Counted from the stretch's first letter, positions 44,350-54,440 are shown. The stretch is 64,000 nt of DNA from Leptospiraceae bacterium (GCA_025059995.1 JANXCF010000005.1:124006-188005); one strand, 5' to 3'. Program-made: numbers and translations. The notes: a model not told the origin generated them from the sequence alone.

Positions 44350-45490
44350 AAAAAATATAAAGAATTTTATAAAATTATTTTACAAATTTTTTTTAATTTT
44401 AGTTTTTGTTTCTTGTTCGGATATCAAAAGACCAAGTTTGTTTTTTGCTTTCTTTACCCCCAGAGGAGATGTAGGGGTTATCACATCAGATTTTAGTGGT
44501 TCGGGAAGATTCTATACCATTGATTCTACCGGATTTTTATCTCCAAATTTTATACCCATATACTCAGATGCTGTAGGTTTTTATTTAGATGAAAAAATTA
44601 TTCTTATCAATCGATTAGGTCGAGATAGCATACAATTTTTGGATCCGAATTTTTTAAATCGAACTATTCTGGAGTTTAGCACTGGGAAGAATTCCAACCC
44701 TCATGGAATCGCTTTTTATCAAAATAAAGCCTACATCACTTTGTATGAGAAAAATTATTTACTTGTGGTTGATAAAAACACAGGTCTTGAACTAAAACGA
44801 ATTGATTTACAACCATATGTGGACAAAAATACGTTTTCTGTTCCTGACAATTTACCAGAAGCTTCTGGGATTATTTCTTATGATAATCGAATTTATGTGG
44901 CTATCCAAAGGCTTGATCGAACTAATCCGAATTTTATTTTCCCACCAACAGATTACTCAGCTCTTCTTGAGGTTGATCCTCAAGATGATGTGGTTATCCA
45001 AGAACATCGATTGATTTTCACTAATCCTTTGAATAAACTAAAGATTTATAACATTACGAATGAAGATTGTATTTTTGTTGCAACGCCATCATTTTTGGGT
45101 TTTAATTTTCGCATTGATGGTGGGATTGAAGCCTTTTGTCCTAAAAGCAAACAGCAATTTGTTGTTCTTACAGAGCAAGAAGTTGGCGGAGATATCCTGG
45201 ATTTTGTGATACGTGACTCTCAACGTGGCTATGCGCTGGTGCTTTTTCAGGATTTCAGTAATGCTTTGGTGGAATTTCATCCTCAACTAGCAAAATCCAT
45301 ACGGCAAGTTTTATTTTATAAAAATCAAGAAGGTTTTGCCGCTGGATTGGAAATAGATGAAAACGGAATTCTATACTTAGGAGAAAGTTCTGCCTACCCC
45401 TCCGTAAAGATTTATAATACGAATACAAGTAGTTTTCAAGGGCAGGTGCTTCTTCCTCAAAGACCAACGGATATCTTTTTGCTAAAATAA
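44318..45490 (+). CDS. surface lipoprotein with YVTN/YncE-like beta-propeller repeats
   Basis: Lipobox LILVFVSC. Repeats such as NPHGIAFYQNKAYITLYEKNYLLVVDKNTG and ASGIISYDNRIYVAIQ. Overlaps the receptor gene end. Confidence 0.55.
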   Translation: MFLVLNTFSIRKNIKNFIKLFYKFFLILVFVSCSDIKRPSLFFAFFTPRGDVGVITSDFSGSGRFYTIDSTGFLSPNFIPIYSDAVGFYLDEKIILINRLGRDSIQFLDPNFLNRTILEFSTGKNSNPHGIAFYQNKAYITLYEKNYLLVVDKNTGLELKRIDLQPYVDKNTFSVPDNLPEASGIISYDNRIYVAIQRLDRTNPNFIFPPTDYSALLEVDPQDDVVIQEHRLIFTNPLNKLKIYNITNEDCIFVATPSFLGFNFRIDGGIEAFCPKSKQQFVVLTEQEVGGDILDFVIRDSQRGYALVLFQDFSNALVEFHPQLAKSIRQVLFYKNQEGFAAGLEIDENGILYLGESSAYPSVKIYNTNTSSFQGQVLLPQRPTDIFLLK

Positions 45491-45510
45491 ATTAAATTCG
45501 AGAGTTTTTT

Positions 45511-45530
45511 GATATATCTTGATATATCTT
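45511..45530. repeat. tandem 10-bp repeat, each unit containing the 8-bp palindrome GATATATC
   Basis: GATATATCTT GATATATCTT, lying 77 nt upstream of the SDR gene's ATG. Confidence 0.85.
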
Positions 45531-45606
45531 GAGGAGCTTCAAAGAGGATATTCAAAACGAATGAAAAAAATCTTGTCTAAGCTTTGTAAAGAAATAACAT
45601 AAATTC

Positions 45607-46374
45607 ATGAAAAACTATTTTCTTCTTGGGGCAAGTAAAGGTATTGGATTTGGTATTGCTCTCGAGCTTGTGAAGAAAGGCAACAGAGTCTTCTTAGGAA
45701 GTAGAAATCCAACCAACTTGGAAAAAGCCAAAGAAATCTTGGATCAAATCCAACCTAATTTTACTTTATATGAAAGTGTCGATGTTTCGTCGTATGAGTC
45801 TATGGAACGTTGGTTCAACGTTGGGATTTCTAAATTCGGGACTATTGATGGTTTACTTATCAATTATGGGGGACCTCCGGCTGGATCATTTTTTGATTTT
45901 CATGATAAAGACTGGCAACAAGCTTTTGAGTTCATGCTTCTTAATCCTATTCGATTGCTGAGACTTTCTTATCCTTACTTAAAGCAAAGTCAAGGTTCGG
46001 TTTTAGTGATCACTTCCTTAGCAGTGAAAGAACCCATTGAAAATTTACTTTTGTCAAATGTATTTCGTTCTGCCATCACTTCTTTGATCAAAACTCTGTC
46101 TTTTGAGTGGGCACCGGAAGTGCGGTTGAATTGCCTCATGCCTGGACGAATTGATACGGATCGCATAAGAGAACTCGAAGAAAAAAATGCCACGAAGTGG
46201 CAAAAAACAGCCAGTGAAATCAGGGAAGAATTCCTAAAGAAAATCCCCCTAAAAAGATACGGAACCATAGAAGAAATCGGAAAGACGGGGGCTTTCCTCC
46301 TTTCAGAGGAATCAAGCTATATCACGGGAACAAGTATTTTAGTGGATGGAGGAATCTCTCGTAGTCTATTTTGA
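45607..46374 (+). CDS. SDR-family oxidoreductase (divergent subfamily lacking the canonical YxxxK)
   Basis: GASKGIGFGIA cofactor motif, NYGGPP, PGRIDTDR, VDGG. The position of the catalytic Tyr reads SNVFRSAITSLIK. Confidence 0.75.
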   Translation: MKNYFLLGASKGIGFGIALELVKKGNRVFLGSRNPTNLEKAKEILDQIQPNFTLYESVDVSSYESMERWFNVGISKFGTIDGLLINYGGPPAGSFFDFHDKDWQQAFEFMLLNPIRLLRLSYPYLKQSQGSVLVITSLAVKEPIENLLLSNVFRSAITSLIKTLSFEWAPEVRLNCLMPGRIDTDRIRELEEKNATKWQKTASEIREEFLKKIPLKRYGTIEEIGKTGAFLLSEESSYITGTSILVDGGISRSLF

Positions 46375-46375
46375 T

Positions 46376-46750
46376 TTATTTAAAGACCGAGTCCATTTGT
46401 TGTCGAGATATGGCTTTTTCCCAATCTTCTTTTTCAATTACTTTGAAGGGAAGCTTTTCGATCTGGATGCGGTTTAATATCTTTCCGATTTCTCCTTTGT
46501 TTTTTGGCGCTAAGTAGAAAAATTCCGTATTACACTTGGGACATTTCGTGTGCTTAACGAAATTGAGTCCCACTTCTTTACAGTTCGCACACATACCATA
46601 AAAATCATCAATGATCATCAAATGCTTGGTGATTTCTTTGAGATCGACTTTTTCCCAAACACGAATGTAGAGCTCACTCATTCTTTTAGTATTTTTGCTT
46701 TTTATTTGAAAATCAAGTTCATTTTTACTCAAATCGCTTGTATAATCCAA
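46376..46750 (-). CDS. small zinc-ribbon protein encoded directly downstream of lexA
   Basis: CANC...(13 aa)...CPKC four-Cys ribbon. Start either 46750 (overlapping lexA) or ATG 46681. No recognised family. Confidence 0.5.
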   Translation of the reverse strand: MDYTSDLSKNELDFQIKSKNTKRMSELYIRVWEKVDLKEITKHLMIIDDFYGMCANCKEVGLNFVKHTKCPKCNTEFFYLAPKNKGEIGKILNRIQIEKLPFKVIEKEDWEKAISRQQMDSVFK

Positions 46751-47333
46751 TCATTTTTCCTAAAATGATCACTTCTTTTGTGATGATGGGTTTATACTTG
46801 GGATTTGCGGGTTCCAAACGAACATGATCTTTTTCTTTATAGAAATATTTCAATGTAGCTTCATCTCCAATTAGAGCTACTACGATGTCGCCATTTTCTG
46901 CGATTGATGTTTTTCGAATGATGGCAATGTCACCGTCGTGGATTTTTGCATCAATCATAGAGTCCCCCGTAACCCGCAACGCAAAGATTTCTTTTTCGGA
47001 ATTCGCAGGCAAAATCGCTCTTGGGAAGGTCAAATAATCTTCGATGTTTTCTTCGGCTAAGATGGGAGCTCCTGCTGCGATCCTTCCTAAAAGCGGGATT
47101 TTGATGAATTCTTGTTGTTCTTGGGATTTTACGATCTCGATGGCTCGGCTTCGGTTTTTTTCGGTTTTAATGAAGCCTTTTTTTTCGATCGCCTTTAGGT
47201 GATCATAGGCACCTTTCGGTGTGATTTTAAAATGTTCGGCTATCTCTCGTATGGAGGGAGGATAATTTTTTTCTTTGGTATATCTCGTAATGAATTCTAG
47301 AATTTGCTTTTGTTTTTGAGTTAAATCCTTCAT
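46725..47333 (-). CDS. lexA: LexA repressor
   Basis: N-terminal wHTH (LTQKQKQILEFI...PPSIREIAEHF), cleavage site AAGAP, Ser in VTGDSM and Lys in ATLKYF. ATG 47333 preferred over 47357. Confidence 0.9.
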   Translation of the reverse strand: MKDLTQKQKQILEFITRYTKEKNYPPSIREIAEHFKITPKGAYDHLKAIEKKGFIKTEKNRSRAIEIVKSQEQQEFIKIPLLGRIAAGAPILAEENIEDYLTFPRAILPANSEKEIFALRVTGDSMIDAKIHDGDIAIIRKTSIAENGDIVVALIGDEATLKYFYKEKDHVRLEPANPKYKPIITKEVIILGKMIGLYKRFE

Positions 47334-47390
47334 GCTTAACAAAAAATTAGAAAACAAAAAATAGTCAATAGATTTTTAGTAGAAGAAAGA

Positions 47391-47409
47391 AGTTCGCCAG
47401 TGGCGAACT
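47391..47409 (-). terminator. G/C-rich palindrome between cysK and lexA, probable cysK terminator
   Basis: AGTTCGCCA-G-TGGCGAACT begins 7 nt after the cysK stop. On the minus strand it is followed by a T/C-rich run. It stands out in AT-rich DNA. Confidence 0.55.
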
Positions 47410-47415
47410 CATTTT

Positions 47416-48405
47416 TTATAAAACTGAACCTGCTTTTGCCACTTCTAAATCTGCGAACATGCCTTCGAATAAAACTGACGATAGGTATCGTTCTGCTGCA
47501 TCTGGTAAAACAACGACAATTAGTTTTCCTTCGTTTTCTGGTCGATTTGCTTGTCTAAGAGCTGCGACCATAGCAGCACCACTTGAGATCCCACTGAGAA
47601 TTCCTTCTTCTTTGGCGAGTCTTTTTGCCATCTCAATGGCTTCCTCATTACTTACGGTTTCTACTTCATCGACCAAGGACAAATCCAAATTCTTTGGCAC
47701 AAATCCAGCACCAATTCCTTGTATCTTATGTGGGCTAGGTGTCAATGGTTCTCCTCTGAGGGTTTGTGTGATCACAGGGGAATGAATTGGTTCTACGGCG
47801 ACGGATTTAATGGGTTTTCCTTTAGTTTTTTTGATATAACGACTAACACCAGTGATGGTTCCTCCTGTTCCAACACCTGCAACTAAAATATCAATCTGTC
47901 CGTCCGTATCATTCCAAATCTCGGGACCTGTAGTTGTTTCATGAATGTAAGGATTGGCAGGATTTTCAAATTGCTGTGGCATGAAGTATCTTTTTGGATT
48001 GCTATTTACGATCTCATTGGCTTTTTCGATAGCTCCCCTCATTCCCTTAGAGGCTTCTGTGAGGATGAGATTTGCCCCCAAAATCCGAAGTACCTTTCTT
48101 CGTTCAATTGACATGCTCTCTGGCATGGTGAGGGTTAACTTATAGCCTCTAGCCGCAGCAACGAATGCTAAAGCAATCCCCGTATTTCCAGAAGTAGGTT
48201 CAACAATTTCCATTCCTGGTTTTAAGATTCCTCTTTTTTCTGCGTCCCAAATCATGCTTGCTCCAATCCTGCACTTCACAGAATAAGCAGGGTTTCTTCC
48301 TTCAATCTTGGCAACTATGGTTGCAAAGGAGCCTTTTGAAATCCGATTGATTTTTACCAATGGTGTGTTCCCGATCGCATAGGAATTGTCTTCATATATT
48401 CTCAT
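47416..48405 (-). CDS. cysK: cysteine synthase A (O-acetylserine sulfhydrylase)
   Basis: PLP lysine in [31 protein letters not shown] and SSGAA. Confidence 0.9.
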   Translation of the reverse strand: MRIYEDNSYAIGNTPLVKINRISKGSFATIVAKIEGRNPAYSVKCRIGASMIWDAEKRGILKPGMEIVEPTSGNTGIALAFVAAARGYKLTLTMPESMSIERRKVLRILGANLILTEASKGMRGAIEKANEIVNSNPKRYFMPQQFENPANPYIHETTTGPEIWNDTDGQIDILVAGVGTGGTITGVSRYIKKTKGKPIKSVAVEPIHSPVITQTLRGEPLTPSPHKIQGIGAGFVPKNLDLSLVDEVETVSNEEAIEMAKRLAKEEGILSGISSGAAMVAALRQANRPENEGKLIVVVLPDAAERYLSSVLFEGMFADLEVAKAGSVL

Positions 48406-48553
48406 GTTTAACTCCTAACAATTTATTTTCTACAAAATAGATAGGAATAATAGAAAAGTCAAACTTTTTTTATTACTTCGAAAATGTAAGAGGCATATTT
48501 TTTTCAAAACGAAAAAGATTCTTGATTTATTACTTAACTTCCGTTTCATAATT

Positions 48554-49090
48554 ATGATGAACCCAAAAAAGGAATATGAATTTGTCTTGGACTATATCTT
48601 GAACAAAGCCACTCCGGAAGAACTGGCTGGGATTGAATTGGCGCTTGAAAGACGAAAGATGCGTTCTCCGACTTCGTTGAAGGACCTAAACATAGAAAAA
48701 ATGGCAAAAGAGATGGCATCGAAAATCTCTCAATCATTCAAAGTGGATGTGAAGGGCATGGCAAGAAGACTCGTTGCTCAGTTGATTTTACAACATGAAC
48801 CCAATATCAGCGAAGAACATTTGGAGAAGTTATTGGATTATTATGTTCCTGATGAAAATAAAACGAGCCTTCCGAGAGAGTTGTTACACGTGATGGTTCA
48901 GCAATTTTTGGATTATGCTTTAGGAAAAATGCCCCAAAGCCAGATAGAAGAACTCAAAAGAACAGCACCCAAGTGGCATGAAAAATACTGGAATGCTTTC
49001 CCCCTTTCGGTTCGAGTTCTCATTTCTGATTTCTTGAAGGGAAAAATAAGTTCGACAGAATTTTGGCTGGAATTAAAAAAAATCCTTTAA
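48554..49090 (+). CDS. hypothetical helical protein
   Basis: Clean ORF with no recognised motif. Converges on rho with a 4-nt overlap. Confidence 0.45.
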   Translation: MMNPKKEYEFVLDYILNKATPEELAGIELALERRKMRSPTSLKDLNIEKMAKEMASKISQSFKVDVKGMARRLVAQLILQHEPNISEEHLEKLLDYYVPDENKTSLPRELLHVMVQQFLDYALGKMPQSQIEELKRTAPKWHEKYWNAFPLSVRVLISDFLKGKISSTEFWLELKKIL

Positions 49091-50607
49091 TGGAATTCCA
49101 TCACCGCAGCGGTATTCATACTTGCCAAAAATTCCTCATTTGTCTTGGTTAACTTCATTTTACTGAGGAGAAACTCCATAGCTTCAATCGGAGATAGCGG
49201 ACTCAAAATCTTTCTCAGTAAATAAACCCTTGTCAAAACTTCTTCTGGTAGAAGCAGATCTTCTTTACGAGTTCCCGATTTATTCAAATCAATCGCTGGG
49301 AAAATCCTTCGATCTGCCAACCTGCGATCCAAATGAATTTCCATGTTTCCCGTTCCTTTAAATTCCTCGAAAATCACCTCATCCATCTTAGAACCTGTTT
49401 CAATCAAAGCTGTAGCAATAATCGTTAAAGATCCACCGTTTTCGATATTTCGTGCAGCACCAAAAAACTTCTTGGGTTTATGCAAAGCATTTGAGTCCAT
49501 ACCCCCGGAAAGGATTTTTCCCGAAGTCGGAGTGGTCTGGTTATATGCCCTTGCAAGCCGCGTGATGGAATCCAACAAAATCACTACGTCTTTCCCAAAC
49601 TCCACAAGGCGTTTGGCTTTTTCTAAAACAATTTCTGCTACACTGCAATGCCTTGATGCTTCTTCATCGAAGGTTGAGCTGATAACTTCTCCTTTTACAT
49701 TTCTTGCCATGTCGGTGACTTCTTCAGGTCGCTCATCAATCAAGAGGACAATCAAATAGACTTCAGGATGGTTAGTCGTGATTGCATTTGCGATATGCTG
49801 AAGTAATACAGTTTTTCCTACCCTTGGAGGAGCTACGATCAATCCTCGTTGTCCCTTCCCAATCGGAACGAATAGATCAATGATACGAGTATCCAAATAA
49901 TCAGAACGGTATTCGAGTTCGAATTTTTCCATCGGATAGATCGGAGTGAGGTTGTCGAACAAGATTCGGTTTTTTGCTTTTTCGGGATTATCTCCATTTA
50001 CTTTGTCAATCCTGAGTAAAGCATAGTATTTTTCGTTGGAGCTTGAATTGGGTGGACGAACCTGCCCTTCAATGGTATCTCCTGTTTGGAGTTTAAAGTG
50101 CTTGATTTGATTCGATGAAACATAAATATCATCAGGACTTTGAAGATAGCTGTAATTAGCACTTCGTAAGAAGCCATATCCCTCAGGGCGTTTATCCAAT
50201 ACTCCCGTAGCATAAACTATACCATTTCGTTGGAGTTGTTTTTGCATGATGGAATAAATGATACTTTGACGCTTACCAGAGACATCCTCAACTCCCATTT
50301 GAATGGCGAGCTGAATCAATTCTTCAATTGGCATAGAGGTAATCTTTGTGAGGTGAAGAGGAGGTGGAGTTTCTTCGCTAATATATCTGGAAGTTGTATA
50401 GACTTCTTCTTCACTTTCTTGGTATTCTTTTTCTACTTTGGTGTTTTCTCTCTCTATGACGTGAGATTCTAATTCTTGAACTGACTTATGATTATCTGTA
50501 TCAATTCTGAACTCATCAATTTCTTTATTTTCGTCAATTTCGGGTTGAACTTGGTCTTGTAATTCTACTTCTTGTTTCTTTTTTTTCCCTCTTTTTGTGG
50601 ATGGCAT
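49087..50607 (-). CDS. rho: transcription termination factor Rho with an N-terminal extension of roughly 90 aa
   Basis: Cold-shock-like RNA-binding domain (GYGFLRS), Walker [44 protein letters not shown]. Charged low-complexity N-terminus. Confidence 0.95.
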   Translation of the reverse strand: MPSTKRGKKKKQEVELQDQVQPEIDENKEIDEFRIDTDNHKSVQELESHVIERENTKVEKEYQESEEEVYTTSRYISEETPPPLHLTKITSMPIEELIQLAIQMGVEDVSGKRQSIIYSIMQKQLQRNGIVYATGVLDKRPEGYGFLRSANYSYLQSPDDIYVSSNQIKHFKLQTGDTIEGQVRPPNSSSNEKYYALLRIDKVNGDNPEKAKNRILFDNLTPIYPMEKFELEYRSDYLDTRIIDLFVPIGKGQRGLIVAPPRVGKTVLLQHIANAITTNHPEVYLIVLLIDERPEEVTDMARNVKGEVISSTFDEEASRHCSVAEIVLEKAKRLVEFGKDVVILLDSITRLARAYNQTTPTSGKILSGGMDSNALHKPKKFFGAARNIENGGSLTIIATALIETGSKMDEVIFEEFKGTGNMEIHLDRRLADRRIFPAIDLNKSGTRKEDLLLPEEVLTRVYLLRKILSPLSPIEAMEFLLSKMKLTKTNEEFLASMNTAAVMEFH

Positions 50608-50678
50608 TTTACAACTCCTATCTGAAATATTCCAAAATGAATTTCATATATATGATGTATTAGTAAAAAAAACGAAAT

Positions 50679-51797
50679 TTAAAACTTAACGTATTTTAAT
50701 GGATTGATTGCTTTGTCTCTATATATAACTTCAAAATGCAAATGAGGACCTGTTGATAACCCAGTATTCCCTGAAATTCCAATCACTTGACCTGCCTTTA
50801 CCATTTGACCTTCTCTTACACGTATTTTACTCAAATGGGCATATAATGTTTTATAATCAGAACCATGCTTCAATATGATAGTTTTTCCATATCCACCCAA
50901 AAACCCGGCAAAGTAAACAATCCCATCTCGTGCTGCCCTCACGGGTTCATAATGCAAAGAAATATCAATCCCAGAGTGAAAATGTCTATATCCAAACAAA
51001 GGATGTATTCGATATCCGAAATGCGAAGAGATCTTTCCCTTCACAGGAGAAACCCAAATAGGCGGTGGTTCAGGTATCACAGCATTAGGTAGAAAAATTT
51101 TTTTCCCAACAGGTAAAATGGCATAACTCACAAGTTCATTGTCTTTAATAATATCCTCCACAAGGATTTGGTACTTTTCTGCTATCTGCACTAACCGATC
51201 TCCTTTTTTGATTTTATAAAATATCCCTGCTTTGTTGGGTATCTTCAAGACCTGCCCCACTTTAAGTTTCGTATGATCCTTTAACTGATTTTCTGTTATA
51301 ATAAACTTTGCCGGGATTCGATATTTAGCCGCAATAGCATTTAAAGTATCACCTTCTCTAACTGTATAACTAATATACTTTACTTTTTTATCTTGTAAAG
51401 CTTTTTCTACTTCTGTGTCTTCTTTCAAAAGTCGGTTTTTGTATTCTTCGGATTTTCGTTCAATCTCTTCGGGATTGAATTTTGTGAGTTCCATTACCTC
51501 AGAAACTTGTTTTTCTCTTGATTCGGTTAATATGGGTTTTTTTTCATTGGTTGTAGCGACTCCACTTTTGGAAAATACCATAAAGAACAAGAGAAAGCCA
51601 GAAACCGAAAATCCCGCTACCAGACTTATTTTTTTGTAAGGTAATTCTGAAAAATCAATCCTCCCGACATGAGGTTTACTTTTCGTTGGAATAGTATAGA
51701 CAAACTTCCCACCCCCTATGTGGGTTATAGATAATTTTCCTTTAAATTCAATTCGCTTTACATCATATCTTTGTTGGAATCGCTTGTGATACTGCAT
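50679..51797 (-). CDS. LysM-domain M23-family peptidoglycan endopeptidase
   Basis: TM anchor. Two LysM repeats (YTVREGDTLNAIAAKY..., YKIKKGDRLVQIAEKY...). M23 metal ligands HSGIDI and GPHLHFEV. Confidence 0.9.
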   Translation of the reverse strand: MQYHKRFQQRYDVKRIEFKGKLSITHIGGGKFVYTIPTKSKPHVGRIDFSELPYKKISLVAGFSVSGFLLFFMVFSKSGVATTNEKKPILTESREKQVSEVMELTKFNPEEIERKSEEYKNRLLKEDTEVEKALQDKKVKYISYTVREGDTLNAIAAKYRIPAKFIITENQLKDHTKLKVGQVLKIPNKAGIFYKIKKGDRLVQIAEKYQILVEDIIKDNELVSYAILPVGKKIFLPNAVIPEPPPIWVSPVKGKISSHFGYRIHPLFGYRHFHSGIDISLHYEPVRAARDGIVYFAGFLGGYGKTIILKHGSDYKTLYAHLSKIRVREGQMVKAGQVIGISGNTGLSTGPHLHFEVIYRDKAINPLKYVKF

Positions 51798-51838
51798 TAA
51801 TCTACCTTTACTCTAAAATTATCGAAATTTTATTGATT

Positions 51839-52273
51839 TTATTTTTTCTTTTGGGTTTCTTTTTTTTCTTCTTCTTTTTCTTTCATTGGGAAAGTTTCTC
51901 CAAAGGACTCTTCAATCAGTTTTTCAATATCCTTTTTTTGTCCTCCTGTTATCGTTACCATACCTTTTACAATCACACCTGGAGTCAAATACAATACAGG
52001 GGTTTCTATGTCTCCTAAGAGTTTTCCGTTTTTTTCGATACGCACTTCTTCGGACGCTTGAATGTTTCCGATCATAGTTCCTGCTATGGACACACTTCTG
52101 GCTTTGATATTGGTTTTGACTTTTCCTGTTTCGCCGACGACTAATTCATCTTCGGTTTTGATTTCTCCTTGAAATTTACCATCAATACGTAAAGAACCCG
52201 AGATATAAAATTTTCCTTCGAAAATGGAACCAGGACCGATTACACTATTTAAAGACTCATTTTTCCCAGCCAT
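51839..52273 (-). CDS. bactofilin-family cytoskeletal protein with Lys/Glu-rich tail
   Basis: GSIFEGKFYISGSLRIDGKFQGEIKTEDELVVGETGKVKTNIKARSVSIAGTMIGNI... beta-helix repeats. Confidence 0.85.
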   Translation of the reverse strand: MAGKNESLNSVIGPGSIFEGKFYISGSLRIDGKFQGEIKTEDELVVGETGKVKTNIKARSVSIAGTMIGNIQASEEVRIEKNGKLLGDIETPVLYLTPGVIVKGMVTITGGQKKDIEKLIEESFGETFPMKEKEEEKKETQKKK

Positions 52274-52348
52274 ATATTTTACCTCGCTTCAATGGTTTGG
52301 TAAACGTTAATTTTTTTTTGTTAAAAAAGTAAATATCTTTTTAATTTT

Positions 52349-54352
52349 TTAATCGCTTTCTATATCCAATGGTGTTAACAATGGTTTTTGAAAACCTGTT
52401 CTTAACAAAGCCATGATAAGTTTTTTATTTACTTCCGCTCGCTTTTTTGTATCATCGCTTGCGTATTTATGCTTCATGATTTCAGAATAAATCTCAATGG
52501 CTTCTTCGTATTGTTTGTTTACATAATTTAAATAAGCAATTTTTTCAAGTATTTTTCCTATGGGGAATTCATTTCGCAGGGTTCGTATGGACTGTAATCG
52601 AAGTTGGATGTTGGGAAGGTGTATCCTTTGTATTTCGTAGTATCTTTTTGTTTTTTCTAAATCCTCTTCGAAGTATAGTGAGTTTTTTAGACTCAAAGCT
52701 TCCATCTTCTTTTCTTTTTCTTGACGTAAGTATTCTTCTTCGAGAGCTTCCAAAGTTTCATCAAGAGATTTCAAATTCAGCAATGTCTCTTTTTCTTTAT
52801 CTGGATTTTTTTTAGCTTGATAATACCTTGCTAAAAGGATTTGTATTTCTACGAGATTTCGGAAATTCTGGTTTTTTTGTTCTTCTGTCATTTCTTGTTG
52901 TTTTTGTGTGATGGAGTTTTTCATTTCATTGAGGGTTTGCTCTGCATTTATTTCTCTGTCGAGCTCTTCAGCACTATAGTGATCTAAAAAAAATTTTATA
53001 TAAAACAACAAAAATCTCTGATATGCATTCAAAACGGAATTATCTTGGTTCTCTTCGAAAATCAGATTTCGTTGGTCTGGGAATTGTTCGAGGTGTTTTT
53101 TCCATTCTTGGAGTTGAGACTTCGCTAAGCTGATATTTTGCACAGCTTGATAATAAGAAACCAATCGCTGGTAGTGAATAAGATTTCTTGGATCATTTTT
53201 GGGTGCATGTTGAAACCACTTCTTTTCGATTGTAATTCCCTTGAGAGAATCCTTTTCTCGAAAGTACTCCTGCGAAAGCAAATGGATGTATTCGATGTTC
53301 TCAGGATCCAACTTATTAGCTAACTCCAATAAATGAATATACCCTATAAATTGAGAATACAAAGTTTTATTAACTCCTAAAACATTCCCCGTTCCTCGAT
53401 AAAAAGACGATTGATTAAGAACTCTTTCTCTTTCTTTATGAGCTTCTTCGATTCGTTTTGTCAAAGTAGCAATTCGATAAACCAAATTTGCGTATTCTTT
53501 TCGGAGTTTGGTTTGTTCTTCTAAAAACGTTTCTTGATAAGCTATGAGGTTATCCCATTGGTTTTTTAGTTCCTGCCATTTTTGCTGGAATTGACGTAAA
53601 TTTTCGTTTTGTAAGTTTCTATCCCTTCGGATCTGTGCTTGATAATACAATTTTTTTATCTCTTGAATTTCTTGGAGGTTTTTTTGAAAATTCTGATATA
53701 AAACCAAAAAGTTATTTATATTGTCTCTTAAGTTTTGGTCTGAGAGCTCTTTTTGGTAGTTATCATCACCAAAAGTCTTTTTCCAGTATTCAAACGTAGA
53801 AACTTCCTCAAGAAATTTAGGATTTTTTATAAAAAGTTCCAAATTATGGATTTCAATGGTATCTGGCAGAGCTTCTTTTTTTTTAGTAATATCCAATATA
53901 GGGATAGCATATTGTAATGCCTGCAAATAGCTAGAAACGGCATTCGTAGGTCGATTTAAGCTTTCATAGAGTTTACCTTGAAATTCAAAAGCAAAATACA
54001 AATAAGGCGAAAACAACCTTTTGGTTTTTTGTAATTCCTCTAACTTTCGAACAAATAACAAAAGATGGATCTTATCCAAAGGAAATCGATAAAAGTCATA
54101 AGGAATGGATATTTCTGATTCTCGCAAATATCTTTCTTTTTGAAATTGCTGATAGTAGGTTTGGATTTCTTTTTGGAGGTTTTGCAAAATCTCTTGGGGT
54201 TCAAAGACTTGATTTTCCCAATGTTCGTAAAGCCTTTGGATTCGAGAAAAATCCAAAACTTCACTGGGTGGTCGTATAGCCTGAGCTACCAAAGAAAAAG
54301 AGAAAGGAAAAGAAAACAATAACGATAAAATCAAAAAAACCAAAACCTTCAT
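52349..54352 (-). CDS. exported TPR-like / coiled-coil protein
   Basis: Signal MKVLVFLILSLLFSFPFSFSLVAQA (ATG 54352 avoids overlap with the divergent gene). Helical repeats with AxxYY-type TPR-like pairs and long Q/E/K-rich coiled-coil stretches. Confidence 0.55.
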   Translation of the reverse strand: MKVLVFLILSLLFSFPFSFSLVAQAIRPPSEVLDFSRIQRLYEHWENQVFEPQEILQNLQKEIQTYYQQFQKERYLRESEISIPYDFYRFPLDKIHLLLFVRKLEELQKTKRLFSPYLYFAFEFQGKLYESLNRPTNAVSSYLQALQYAIPILDITKKKEALPDTIEIHNLELFIKNPKFLEEVSTFEYWKKTFGDDNYQKELSDQNLRDNINNFLVLYQNFQKNLQEIQEIKKLYYQAQIRRDRNLQNENLRQFQQKWQELKNQWDNLIAYQETFLEEQTKLRKEYANLVYRIATLTKRIEEAHKERERVLNQSSFYRGTGNVLGVNKTLYSQFIGYIHLLELANKLDPENIEYIHLLSQEYFREKDSLKGITIEKKWFQHAPKNDPRNLIHYQRLVSYYQAVQNISLAKSQLQEWKKHLEQFPDQRNLIFEENQDNSVLNAYQRFLLFYIKFFLDHYSAEELDREINAEQTLNEMKNSITQKQQEMTEEQKNQNFRNLVEIQILLARYYQAKKNPDKEKETLLNLKSLDETLEALEEEYLRQEKEKKMEALSLKNSLYFEEDLEKTKRYYEIQRIHLPNIQLRLQSIRTLRNEFPIGKILEKIAYLNYVNKQYEEAIEIYSEIMKHKYASDDTKKRAEVNKKLIMALLRTGFQKPLLTPLDIESD

Positions 54353-54440
54353 TTTTAAGGATATTTCGGAAAATAATTGTTCTTTTCTACTTTTAAAAAA
54401 ACTTTTCAAACTCGTAAAAAGCAAAAAAATTAAAGATCCC

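Noticed and set aside
47391-47409. Perfect palindrome AGTTCGCCAGTGGCGAACT upstream of lexA, containing GTTC/GAAC half-sites: possible LexA operator.
   Set aside because: Half-site order and spacing are the reverse of the GAAC-N4-GTTC Cheo box. It sits 7 nt after the cysK stop, upstream of the likely lexA -35. It is better explained as the cysK terminator hairpin.
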